IMG/VR virus record: IMGVR_UViG_3300020451_000152 | Location: 1-64,000 of that record | Origin: a virus | DNA: 64,000 bases | Strand: one strand, 5' to 3' | Shown: positions 47,358 to 54,985 of the stretch, piece after piece | How the letters are laid out: each line of letters opens with the position of its first letter | How positions within the stretch are numbered: position 1 is the stretch's first letter | Program-made: the position numbers and the translations under genes | Notes under the pieces: generated by a model | Database searches by the model: none | Told to the model about the DNA's origin: nothing | What the model saw: the letters and a program-made list of their open reading frames with translations, nothing else

Positions 47358-47821
47358 TTTAGTTTAAACGCTAGTGTGATTCTCATGGGGCATGCTTGGT
47401 GCGAGAATGAATATCCTTTGTGAGGAATATTGCCGTCAAAGACTATGAGACGGTTCTGTACAGGTGGAATAATAATTTGTTCACTACCTTGAAGTAGTTG
47501 TGTGAATCCACCCCATTCAGGCAAACAAGGTACAATGTATAATAACACGGTTTGCTCACAATTATCTATATGAATAGTACCATCTCTACCTGGCCATTGT
47601 CCATTGAAGTATATCCTCTCTAATCTATTAGGTGTCTTAACAACTTTATCAATTTGCCCCTTTAAGTAACTATTATAATATTCTTGATCTGTAACATCAT
47701 ACTCTAAGAAATCTAAACCTGTACCATTGCTAGTTTGAATTCGCCATTGAACATCATTCGTATCTTCTATTACTCTCTCTAAATCTTTCGTACTTAAGAA
47801 GTTGTCATATTGTTCAATCAT
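47354..47821 (-). CDS. 2OG-Fe(II) oxygenase
   Basis: HID, WGG.T, NRLIVFDG.IPH, RITLAFK. Confidence 0.85.
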   Translation of the reverse strand: MIEQYDNFLSTKDLERVIEDTNDVQWRIQTSNGTGLDFLEYDVTDQEYYNSYLKGQIDKVVKTPNRLERIYFNGQWPGRDGTIHIDNCEQTVLLYIVPCLPEWGGFTQLLQGSEQIIIPPVQNRLIVFDGNIPHKGYSFSHQACPMRITLAFKLK

Positions 47822-47999
47822 CAGTCTCTAGATAAACACCATCACCTTGGAGTGATATAAAGATATCGGTATCTTCGTACCAATTCATTTCATTAACTAT
47901 TTGTTCTGGAATAGAAAGTATATATTCATCTGTTACTGAATCGACCCTGAGAGATATTTGTATTTTGGAATATTTTTTCACTATATCGTGGACTGACAT
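47814..47999 (-). CDS. AbrB/MazE-like small DNA-binding protein
   Basis: YILSIPEQIVNEMNWYEDTDI swapped-hairpin pattern. Confidence 0.6.
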   Translation of the reverse strand: MSVHDIVKKYSKIQISLRVDSVTDEYILSIPEQIVNEMNWYEDTDIFISLQGDGVYLETDD

Positions 48000-48235
48000 T
48001 ATGTTTTTATATATCAGAAATTTTTTTTATAGATTGATATCACTCTCTCGAATTGGGTCGTTTATAGCTTAAGAAGGTTCCTTCGTTTTAAACACGATAT
48101 AACATAAGAACGAAAAACACTGTGGTTCGTTGATACTTAGTGCGTCTCACAGTTCTTATAACATAAGACTGCTAATCACATAATGCTCGGTGTTACTTAG
48201 AGTGTCATGATTACCTCTGTTGTTTGTTATACTTT

Positions 48236-48264
48236 ATTATAACATAATACTCACAGACTGTCAA
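48236..48264 (-). promoter_or_regulatory. Perfect sigma70 promoter TTGACA-N17-TATAAT
   Basis: Exact consensus with extended -10 TG. Confidence 0.85.
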
Positions 48265-48341
48265 CAACTGTGCAGGTCTTATGTATTAACAATTGCATAA
48301 GGATTTAAAGGACTGTGTGTTACAAACTGTGTGTCCCCTAC

Positions 48342-48370
48342 TTGACATTCTGCGATCCTCATGTTACGCT
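48342..48370 (+). promoter_or_regulatory. Plus-strand sigma70 promoter TTGACA-N17-TACGCT
   Basis: Exact -35, 17-nt spacer, TGn extended -10; divergent from the 48236-48264 promoter. Confidence 0.55.
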
Positions 48371-48489
48371 CCCTTAACTAACAACATAATGACGCAATTA
48401 GACCCCTTAGAGTGTCATTTAGTGACCTTACAGTTAATAACAATAAACAACGCATATATGTTTATTTAAGTATTTAAAATAAATGCGTA

Positions 48490-48523
48490 GTTTTCCACAG
48501 ATACTTATTACATTGTGGAAAAC
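48490..48523. repeat. 10-bp inverted repeat made of two TTTTCCACA (DnaA-box-like) 9-mers
   Basis: gttttccaca-N14-tgtggaaaac beside an AT-rich tract. Confidence 0.6.
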
Positions 48524-48557
48524 ACTTATTGTTACTTAGTGGGGCAATCTCTCAAAC

Positions 48558-48830
48558 TCATTGTGTATCAAGGGGTCTGTACATTTGAGACTTATATGCA
48601 CTTAGTGTGGAATCTTCTGCGGTATTGTTGTTAACAACTAACTCGCAATCCTTCCATTGGTGAGTATACACTAGCATAGCAACTTTACAAGTTGGGAATA
48701 AACTATGCTCACAATGTGATGGTCTTTCACTAACACAAAAGGTTATGTAATCGTCTCCAACAAATTGTACATCACCTATAATATTATCATACTTGATTGT
48801 TACTCCGATTTGGAATTGTTCTCTCTGCAT
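48558..48830 (-). CDS. Hypothetical protein
   Basis: ORF track; C-terminal YKSQ..R..D.Q. Confidence 0.7.
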   Translation of the reverse strand: MQREQFQIGVTIKYDNIIGDVQFVGDDYITFCVSERPSHCEHSLFPTCKVAMLVYTHQWKDCELVVNNNTAEDSTLSAYKSQMYRPLDTQ

Positions 48831-48994
48831 GTTACTAACTGGTGTAAGGTAGATGATAATAAGTCTTCAACATGTGCAGGTAATGTTGTACCTTTTCCAT
48901 TCCAAATTGTTTGGTATTGTAGTAAGATAGCGTGGGTAAATGACAATTGATTGTGTGATAATTCAACTGTGTAATTAGATGTTTTAGATGTCAT
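48800..48994 (-). CDS. Hypothetical protein
   Basis: ORF track; AGGAG SD upstream. Confidence 0.55.
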   Translation of the reverse strand: MTSKTSNYTVELSHNQLSFTHAILLQYQTIWNGKGTTLPAHVEDLLSSTLHQLVTCRENNSKSE

Positions 48995-49155
48995 TTAGCA
49001 CTCCTATTCTTATAGGTATCATAATCGTTAGGGGGCGAAATCGGGCGTGACTCGGTGTTACTAACTGGATCATAGATATGATCTGGAAAGTGTTTAAAAT
49101 ACTCTAGGATTTGATCATAGTTAGTAATAAGAACTCGATCAGGATTAGTGTTCAT
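48991..49155 (-). CDS. Small hypothetical protein (54 aa)
   Basis: Manual ORF MNTNPDRVLITNYDQILEYFKHFPDH... Confidence 0.5.
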   Translation of the reverse strand: MNTNPDRVLITNYDQILEYFKHFPDHIYDPVSNTESRPISPPNDYDTYKNRSAK

Positions 49156-49199
49156 AGATTGTTAATTAGTTTAATTAATTAGTGTGTGATTGATAATAA

Positions 49200-49224
49200 T
49201 AAAGAGGGGGCAATATGCCCCTCT
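49200..49224 (-). terminator. Rho-independent terminator
   Basis: AGAGGGGC-atatt-GCCCCCTCT hairpin followed by T-rich tract, right after a stop codon. Confidence 0.7.
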
Positions 49225-49227
49225 AAA

Positions 49228-49524
49228 TTAACTCTCTGATAATGATTTTAACTCTAGGTTAATAACATCGAAGTCATTACTCATTATATCACATAGTTGG
49301 TTTAATTGCTTAACCCCACTAGCATATAAGTGAAACAATTGATCAACCTCGTCATCATCATCAACCATCACTATGTTACAATCTTCCTGCTCATATTTAG
49401 AAACAAAGTTAATAATAGATGCAGTAGATTTGTCATAGAAATCAACAAGAATCTCAGCACAATAACCATCAAAAAAGTTAATGTCTTTTGATAATTTGTC
49501 GAGGGTTAAAGAGTTTCTAGGCAT
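49228..49524 (-). CDS. Acidic hypothetical protein
   Basis: ORF track; GGAG SD. Confidence 0.7.
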   Translation of the reverse strand: MPRNSLTLDKLSKDINFFDGYCAEILVDFYDKSTASIINFVSKYEQEDCNIVMVDDDDEVDQLFHLYASGVKQLNQLCDIMSNDFDVINLELKSLSES

Positions 49525-49665
49525 GTAATTACTCTCCTACAAGTTCATTTAGTACTCGCAATACATCTTCACCAGTTTTACACTCATAGAAGAATGATTC
49601 AATGTCGATGTTAGCGAAAGGAACAGATTGTGCGAACATGATAATAAAATGAAACAACAAAAAAA

Positions 49666-49739
49666 CTGGACTTACACTCAATGATTGTTGGCAATGCTAA
49701 CTCCTTTGCGAAGTCTAATTATGCCCCATTGGATGCCAG
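49666..49739 (-). ncRNA. Candidate 74-nt structured RNA (helix-UAAGU bulge-helix; possibly abiF-like motif)
   Basis: Nested pairings CUGG/CCAG, CAAUG/CAUUG, GGCA/UGCC, GACUUC/GGAGUU, then a U8 tract; family assignment from memory only. Confidence 0.6.
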
Positions 49740-49744
49740 AAGAG

Positions 49745-50062
49745 TTAGTTTAAACCTAACTCAAAACCATTTACGAAATCTTCAGTAAGGTTCTTGTAAC
49801 CTACGAACCACTCAAATTGCTTTTGAAATACTCTAGCACCATAAGAAAACTCATCTAATAGTGCATTGAGTCTAGACTTAGTGGTGACTGACTGCCAACC
49901 GCCATCGAATAAAAGAATCGAATTGTCTTTAACTGTAGCAATGTGGTTACCATGAAGATAGATCATTGAACCAGTCTCATCAGATTTTACCATAGTGTTG
50001 GATGATGAGAAGTTAGAACGGTTTCTAACTGCTGAATTCATTTGTCTTTCGATCTTTCTCAT
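49745..50062 (-). CDS. Conserved hypothetical early protein
   Basis: LHGNHIA...GGWQSVTTKSRLNAL...VFQKQFEWFV; behind motif promoter. Confidence 0.8.
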   Translation of the reverse strand: MRKIERQMNSAVRNRSNFSSSNTMVKSDETGSMIYLHGNHIATVKDNSILLFDGGWQSVTTKSRLNALLDEFSYGARVFQKQFEWFVGYKNLTEDFVNGFELGLN

Positions 50063-50093
50063 AGAGTTGTGAATGATGTTTGTTTATACTATT

Positions 50094-50153
50094 ATTATAG
50101 TGGGTTTTGGGGGTCAGTGGGGTGAGTGTGTACCACTTTGTCCACTGGCACAC
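50094..50153 (-). promoter_or_regulatory. Palindromic-motif early promoter, copy 1
   Basis: GTGCCAG-N8-GTGGTAC then TATAAT. Confidence 0.75.
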
Positions 50154-50467
50154 TAGACCCCTTGGTCTAGCAATAAATCTTTAAGATAGTCCTCGGCACA
50201 CTCTTGTGCTTCGTAGATATCATAAAATTGACCTAAGTGCACACTGTCACCAGTTAAGCAACCGTTATAAGTGTAGTTCATTGTCTGAACTACAAAACGA
50301 TCTGCACCATAGTGGTAGATCGCTAGATTTGGATCTAGATCATTATTTCTAGTATATTTGTCAAACATATTTGAAGAGAATGTTTTCTCATACTCAAAAT
50401 TGAGATAGTCATCAGTTAAATCGATTGACTGAGAGAAGAGAGATTTAGTTGTATTTGAATTGTTCAT
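50153..50467 (-). CDS. Hypothetical protein (probably leaderless)
   Basis: ATG 6 nt after TATAAT; the ORF-track extension to 50581 crosses the promoter. Confidence 0.7.
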   Translation of the reverse strand: MNNSNTTKSLFSQSIDLTDDYLNFEYEKTFSSNMFDKYTRNNDLDPNLAIYHYGADRFVVQTMNYTYNGCLTGDSVHLGQFYDIYEAQECAEDYLKDLLLDQGV

Positions 50468-50473
50468 ATCTCT

Positions 50474-50533
50474 ATTATACACACAAAAGGGGTCAGTTTG
50501 GGGGATTTGTGTGCCACTTTGTGCACTGTCACC
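50474..50533 (-). promoter_or_regulatory. Palindromic-motif early promoter, copy 2
   Basis: GTGACAG-N8-GTGGCAC then TATAAT. Confidence 0.75.
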
Positions 50534-50768
50534 AACAGGGGTCATCTTCCTCCTCAAATGATATAGGATTAAAAGAATCAAACTCTAGTTTGTATCCTAT
50601 AACTTTTGCATCTTCATATAGTTGGGTGTTCTTATCATAGTATGAAACATTACTATCAAGATATTCCTGGATATGTTTGCATAGTTGATAGGGGTTAATC
50701 TTATGATCATCGTTATCATTATTATCTAATGATATTCTTACATTAAGATTAACAAAATTGTTACTCAT
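50529..50768 (-). CDS. Hypothetical protein
   Basis: ORF track; start MSNNF at 50768 behind GGAGG. Confidence 0.65.
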   Translation of the reverse strand: MSNNFVNLNVRISLDNNDNDDHKINPYQLCKHIQEYLDSNVSYYDKNTQLYEDAKVIGYKLEFDSFNPISFEEEDDPCW

Positions 50769-50931
50769 TAACAGCAACCTCCCACATATCACAATAAACT
50801 GTTAACCAGTTTCTTTGATCTTCTGTTAGAGTATCATCAGTGCATAGTAAATCATCAGCACTAATAAACTCTTTATTTTCTAAAGTGCACCAGTCTGATA
50901 ACACTTCAGTCATAAATTCCATTTTGCTCAT
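50761..50931 (-). CDS. Small acidic hypothetical protein
   Basis: Manual ORF MSKMEFMTEVLSDWC...SADDLL...WEVAVNE. Confidence 0.6.
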   Translation of the reverse strand: MSKMEFMTEVLSDWCTLENKEFISADDLLCTDDTLTEDQRNWLTVYCDMWEVAVNE

Positions 50932-51110
50932 TGACATAAATCCTCAAATCGTTTGGTGGTTTCTATCTCAATATCAGGGATAGTGCCTGTTTTTGAATTT
51001 TGTTCAAGTGCATATAACTGGTCATCGGTTAAATTGTTCTTGTTTCTATATTCTATCCATACTTCATCATAGATTGTTTCTAATAGTGTTTCATGATGTA
51101 GAACTGACAT
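50928..51110 (-). CDS. Hypothetical protein
   Basis: MSVLHHETLLETIYDEV...RFEDLCQ; GGAGG SD. Confidence 0.7.
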   Translation of the reverse strand: MSVLHHETLLETIYDEVWIEYRNKNNLTDDQLYALEQNSKTGTIPDIEIETTKRFEDLCQ

Positions 51111-51326
51111 TTATGCAACCTCCATAGTTCGATAGTCATTGACAACAGTTTTTTTACCATAGTTATCAATCAGAATTGTTCGATTAGTCTTAGGGGTGTA
51201 ACCATGTTTGTCAGTTTCCCCTATGATGTAATTTACTAAAACTAAATGCTCTGTTTTGTAACCAGTTTCATCAGTCATAATAACAACATCACCAACACCG
51301 ATCTCTTTAGGTGAATTGTATTTCAT
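51111..51326 (-). CDS. Hypothetical protein
   Basis: ORF track; GGAGG SD. Confidence 0.65.
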   Translation of the reverse strand: MKYNSPKEIGVGDVVIMTDETGYKTEHLVLVNYIIGETDKHGYTPKTNRTILIDNYGKKTVVNDYRTMEVA

Positions 51327-51544
51327 TATGCAACCTCCCTGATATATCCATTTTCTGATTTTATGAACTGGTCTAGCATAGGAATATGTAGATCTGGATC
51401 ATCAAAATCGATCTTAGCACATCCATCAACACCCCACTCTGCTAACTCTTGAACGAACTCATCCCAATTAGCACAACAGCATGCCATATTTTGAAAATTG
51501 TCAACTTCGAGGATTCTGTTGATGATTGTTTGAGTTTTTGTCAT
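51326..51544 (-). CDS. Hypothetical protein
   Basis: Start MTKTQ at 51544, downstream of motif promoter. Confidence 0.65.
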   Translation of the reverse strand: MTKTQTIINRILEVDNFQNMACCCANWDEFVQELAEWGVDGCAKIDFDDPDLHIPMLDQFIKSENGYIREVA

Positions 51545-51571
51545 AGTTTCTGAATTTCTTTGTATACTATT

Positions 51572-51630
51572 ATTATAGTGTATTTTGTGACCTATGCGAG
51601 GGATGTTGTGACACATATTTAACTGTCCTA
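51572..51630 (-). promoter_or_regulatory. Palindromic-motif early promoter, copy 3
   Basis: AGGACAG-N8-GTGTCAC then TATAAT. Confidence 0.7.
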
Positions 51631-51888
51631 AAAGAATGATGGTGTTTTAGGTGTTACTGGTAATTCTACCTTAGTAAATAATCTGTTCATGATATCTCTA
51701 ACTCTCTCTCTGTCTAGTGAATCACCATTGCCCCATGTATAATCGGTTACATGATCTGATGCACACATATCTAAGTGCATTAAAGTAGCGTATGCAATTT
51801 GTTCTTTAGTTCTCTGGTTCTCAGGGTAGATGCCATCTTTACCATAGAATGAAAGTACATAGTCAAGAAATTCTGCAAAGTTGTTCAT
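51628..51888 (-). CDS. Hypothetical protein
   Basis: FLDYVLSFYG..GIY...GDSLDRERVRD; AAGGAG SD. Confidence 0.75.
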   Translation of the reverse strand: MNNFAEFLDYVLSFYGKDGIYPENQRTKEQIAYATLMHLDMCASDHVTDYTWGNGDSLDRERVRDIMNRLFTKVELPVTPKTPSFF

Positions 51889-51912
51889 GTTTCTCCTTTG
51901 TTTGTTATCTTA

Positions 51913-51971
51913 ATTATAAAGGACTATGTACTAAATTAGTGCTATGATGTGACACTTTGATGACTGGCACT
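51913..51971 (-). promoter_or_regulatory. Palindromic-motif early promoter, copy 4
   Basis: GTGCCAG-N8-GTGTCAC then TATAAT. Confidence 0.75.
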
Positions 51972-52115
51972 AGATGCTGCTATTTTATCAAGTTTGGTGA
52001 TAATATCCTCTAGATCATCAAGTTCAACTTCAGTCAAATCTATTGCCATTTGTTCAATACACCATAGCAAGAGATCCGCTTGATTTCGATCAACAGTGAT
52101 TTCTGTTTGTGACAT
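51942..52115 (-). CDS. Hypothetical protein
   Basis: Start MSQTE at 52115, behind a TTGATA-N17-TATAAT promoter. Confidence 0.6.
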   Translation of the reverse strand: MSQTEITVDRNQADLLLWCIEQMAIDLTEVELDDLEDIITKLDKIAASSASHQSVTS

Positions 52116-52156
52116 TTGGTGATTTACCTGATTTTTGATTGAGTTTGTATTATACA

Positions 52157-52288
52157 TCATAAGAACTCAAATATCAAGTAGTCCAGTGTAACATTTAATT
52201 GTTTACATTGAACTTCAAAATGTTCAAGTGATTCGATGTTAGTTTCTAGATCAAAATGATCTGTTTGAATAATAAATTCACTAGGCAT
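52157..52288 (-). CDS. Small hypothetical protein (43 aa)
   Basis: Manual ORF MPSEFIIQTDH...CKQLNVTLDYLIFEFL. Confidence 0.5.
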   Translation of the reverse strand: MPSEFIIQTDHFDLETNIESLEHFEVQCKQLNVTLDYLIFEFL

Positions 52289-52532
52289 GATTAGACCAGT
52301 AAATTGCATTAACCTCGGCAATGTTTAGATAATCTTTATCATGATAGGTCATTACATCAACATCTTCATAATCAAAAATGAACTCTTCACAAAAATGCTC
52401 AACAGATGCAAGTTTTTGATGTTCAATACATCTTAGCATTTCACCTATTTGATAATCATCCATGTCACATTCATCGATGCAAAATGCAATGTTTTTCTCT
52501 AATTGTGTTGTGTTCATTGATTTGCAAGACAT
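52281..52532 (-). CDS. Hypothetical protein
   Basis: ORF track. Confidence 0.65.
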   Translation of the reverse strand: MSCKSMNTTQLEKNIAFCIDECDMDDYQIGEMLRCIEHQKLASVEHFCEEFIFDYEDVDVMTYHDKDYLNIAEVNAIYWSNHA

Positions 52533-52873
52533 AAAAGTTTACCTAGTAAGAGTGAATTAGTACGACAAGTTTCATCATCTTTGTATTCTTTTTTAATCTC
52601 ATTGAATACAAGTTCAATTAACTTTTCATACTCATCAATCTGTAGATCAGTGGAATCATCAAAGATTTGCTGACTCCATGCGAACTGAGTTTGTTGATCA
52701 GTTGGTTTCATTAGTTCCTCAATTACTACTTTATCAATATACTCGTTATCGGGTGAGTATTCAACCCCTCTTGTGTCAGTTTGTTGACTGTCATCAGGTG
52801 GCATCCAAATTCCCTCTCCTGTCATATAATAACCTGCATCTATCATTTCTTGATACGATGATACTTTAGTCAT
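52514..52873 (-). CDS. Hypothetical protein
   Basis: N-terminal YQEMIDAGY.MTGEG.W motif. Confidence 0.7.
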   Translation of the reverse strand: MTKVSSYQEMIDAGYYMTGEGIWMPPDDSQQTDTRGVEYSPDNEYIDKVVIEELMKPTDQQTQFAWSQQIFDDSTDLQIDEYEKLIELVFNEIKKEYKDDETCRTNSLLLGKLLCLANQ

Positions 52874-52877
52874 GATT

Positions 52878-53009
52878 TTAGTAGGTTAGTTTATCAAAGA
52901 ATGTTTCAATCTCTTTAGGTAGATCATCAATCATACCGTTATCTCTCAAGAGATCATATAATTTAATGAGTTGATATTGCTCATCAAATGTAATTTCAAA
53001 TGTGTTCAT
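52878..53009 (-). CDS. Small hypothetical protein (43 aa)
   Basis: Manual ORF MNTFEITFDEQYQLIKLYDLLRD...; AAGGAG SD, TAATG coupling. Confidence 0.6.
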   Translation of the reverse strand: MNTFEITFDEQYQLIKLYDLLRDNGMIDDLPKEIETFFDKLTY

Positions 53010-53236
53010 TATGCTCCTTTAAATGATATTGAGTTTGAGTAATTTAGTTTATTAAATATACACGATTGATGTATATTAAAGAGTAAATCGAAGTTAACTC
53101 CCTCCCAATCTGTCCACTCTGAAACATAATCAGTGACATCAAAATCACCTGTTCCGTTAACATTTAGTGGGCATGATTTGAAATCATTGTTATCATCAAC
53201 CCAGAATAATCTACCGAATTGTTCACTACTATACAT
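53009..53236 (-). CDS. Hypothetical protein
   Basis: Start MYSSEQ at 53236 with GGAGG upstream. Confidence 0.65.
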   Translation of the reverse strand: MYSSEQFGRLFWVDDNNDFKSCPLNVNGTGDFDVTDYVSEWTDWEGVNFDLLFNIHQSCIFNKLNYSNSISFKGA

Positions 53237-53238
53237 GA

Positions 53239-53385
53239 TTAATTGTCCCTCCAAGGTGAATTAAAGTATGCTTTATTTACAGTATAAATTGTGAAGATTG
53301 CAACAACAATACCAGCGAAACCAAGTAGTAAAATTGGGGATTTGGGGATGTCATACTGAGGAATAGAGGTGAGTAAAATGTTCAT
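53239..53385 (-). CDS. Small membrane protein (48 aa)
   Basis: Manual ORF ...SPILLLGFAGIVVAIFTIYTVNKAYFNSPWRDN. Confidence 0.55.
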   Translation of the reverse strand: MNILLTSIPQYDIPKSPILLLGFAGIVVAIFTIYTVNKAYFNSPWRDN

Positions 53386-53421
53386 TGAATGTTAATTAAG
53401 GTTTGCAATTAGTGGTGATGA

Positions 53422-53832
53422 TTATCTCAAATAGAGATAACCACCTGCCCAATCTGTAAAGTTTGGATCATGTAATTTAGCACGATCATTAATAACTCTC
53501 ATGTCAAATCGTACATACTTTGTGTGAGGTGATTTCCATGATGCTGGTTTGTAAACTTGACCAGTCTCTTTATTAACAAATGCGTGTACACTACCATCAC
53601 GATACTCATTTCTATTTTGAAATGTATCAAAATCTTGCTGAATGATTTTGTAGTATTTTCTACCTGACTCAACTTTGAATCTCATCAAGTTTTCACGATC
53701 TGTGTAACCTTGACGAGTATGATACAGTCTATAATTTTCTGTAATGGTCGCAGCATATCTTTCTGTCCATTCTTGTACTCTTGTTGTGAGTGTTTTTGTT
53801 TCATACTCGGCACTTGTAAGAGTTGTAGTCAT
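53422..53832 (-). CDS. Conserved hypothetical protein of T4-like phages
   Basis: GRKYYKI...SVHAFV...TGQVYKPASWKSP...DWAGGYLYLR. Confidence 0.8.
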   Translation of the reverse strand: MTTTLTSAEYETKTLTTRVQEWTERYAATITENYRLYHTRQGYTDRENLMRFKVESGRKYYKIIQQDFDTFQNRNEYRDGSVHAFVNKETGQVYKPASWKSPHTKYVRFDMRVINDRAKLHDPNFTDWAGGYLYLR

Positions 53833-53858
53833 GTAGTTCTCTGTTTGTTTATACTACT

Positions 53859-53918
53859 ATTATACATCCCCTAGAGCATCAGTGAGTGCGTTTTGTACCA
53901 CTTTGTTAGTTGGCACAC
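53859..53918 (-). promoter_or_regulatory. Palindromic-motif early promoter, copy 5 (inside the MTase 3' end)
   Basis: GTGCCAA-N8-GTGGTAC then TATAAT. Confidence 0.7.
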
Positions 53919-54834
53919 GCTCATCGATTAGTGTAGAATATTCTTCATGCAGTTCACATCCTATGTAATGCCTACCCAAATCTTTAGCAACCATCGCAGT
54001 GGTTCCCGATCCTATGAACGGATCTAATATAATATCACCTTTTTTGCTCCCTGCCTTAATGCAAGGTATAATTAAATCAGGTGGATATACTGCAAAATGT
54101 GCACCTTTATAAGGTTTGTTTGTTATTGACCAAACAGACCGCTTGTTTTTTGTAGGATAAGACTTGGATAACCCACTATGAGGAACCAGACCAGTGCCAG
54201 GATTATGGTACTTACCTTTAGTGCGGTCTCTTGTACCCCAGTCTTTTGCTGGTTCTTTGATTGCTTCATTGTCATAATAGTATTTTTTGTTTTTACTTAG
54301 TAGGAACAAATATTCATGTGATTTAGTACATCTATCTCTAACAGATTCTGGCATAGGATTAGGTTTATGCCAAATAATATCTTGCCTTAAATACCATCCA
54401 TCTTGCCTTAATGCAAATGCTAACATCCAAGGGATGCCGATTAAATCTTTCTCTTTTAATCCATCTAATTTATTACCTCTACGAGCACATTTATCTGGTA
54501 GATCTTGTTTAGTATTAGAAACAGTTTGTTTAACTAATGCTTGACCTTTTCCTGGTCTATAGTTATAATAACTATCACCAATATTCACCCATAATGTACC
54601 ATCATCAGTTAAACAGTTTCTAACTTCTCTGAATATATCTACTAGATTAGATATATATTTTTCTGGTGTATCTTCCTGACCTATTTGTTTATCTTCACCA
54701 CCATAATCTCTTAGTCCGTAGTATGGTGGTGATGTAATACACATCCTAGGTTTATCACATATACCAGTAGTAATGTGTCCTTTTAAAATGTCAAGAGTGT
54801 GACGACAATCACCATATAATATAGTATCTTTCAT
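53860..54834 (-). CDS. DNA methyltransferase, N4-C/N6-A beta class
   Basis: Motif IV TSPPY precedes motif I DPFIGSGTT. Confidence 0.93.
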   Translation of the reverse strand: MKDTILYGDCRHTLDILKGHITTGICDKPRMCITSPPYYGLRDYGGEDKQIGQEDTPEKYISNLVDIFREVRNCLTDDGTLWVNIGDSYYNYRPGKGQALVKQTVSNTKQDLPDKCARRGNKLDGLKEKDLIGIPWMLAFALRQDGWYLRQDIIWHKPNPMPESVRDRCTKSHEYLFLLSKNKKYYYDNEAIKEPAKDWGTRDRTKGKYHNPGTGLVPHSGLSKSYPTKNKRSVWSITNKPYKGAHFAVYPPDLIIPCIKAGSKKGDIILDPFIGSGTTAMVAKDLGRHYIGCELHEEYSTLIDERVPTNKVVQNALTDALGDV

Positions 54835-54983
54835 CAGTTAAGATTCACTCTCTTGATATCTACATCACCATATTGTTCTCTTACTGTTCTCTCAGCAGCA
54901 GCATAATTTGTTGCTGGAACTTCAACATCAATTAAACCCATATCGTTACGATAAAATGTAACTGTAGCAGTACGATAAGACAT
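54834..54983 (-). CDS. Small hypothetical protein (49 aa)
   Basis: Manual ORF MSYRTATVTFYRND...EVPATNYAAAERTVREQYGD. Confidence 0.6.
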   Translation of the reverse strand: MSYRTATVTFYRNDMGLIDVEVPATNYAAAERTVREQYGDVDIKRVNLN

Positions 54984-54985
54984 AG

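Noticed and set aside
52185-52208. TGTAAC...TTTACA near-palindrome as an NtcA site
   Set aside because: Spacing is GTA-N13-TAC, not GTA-N8-TAC, and it lies within a small ORF
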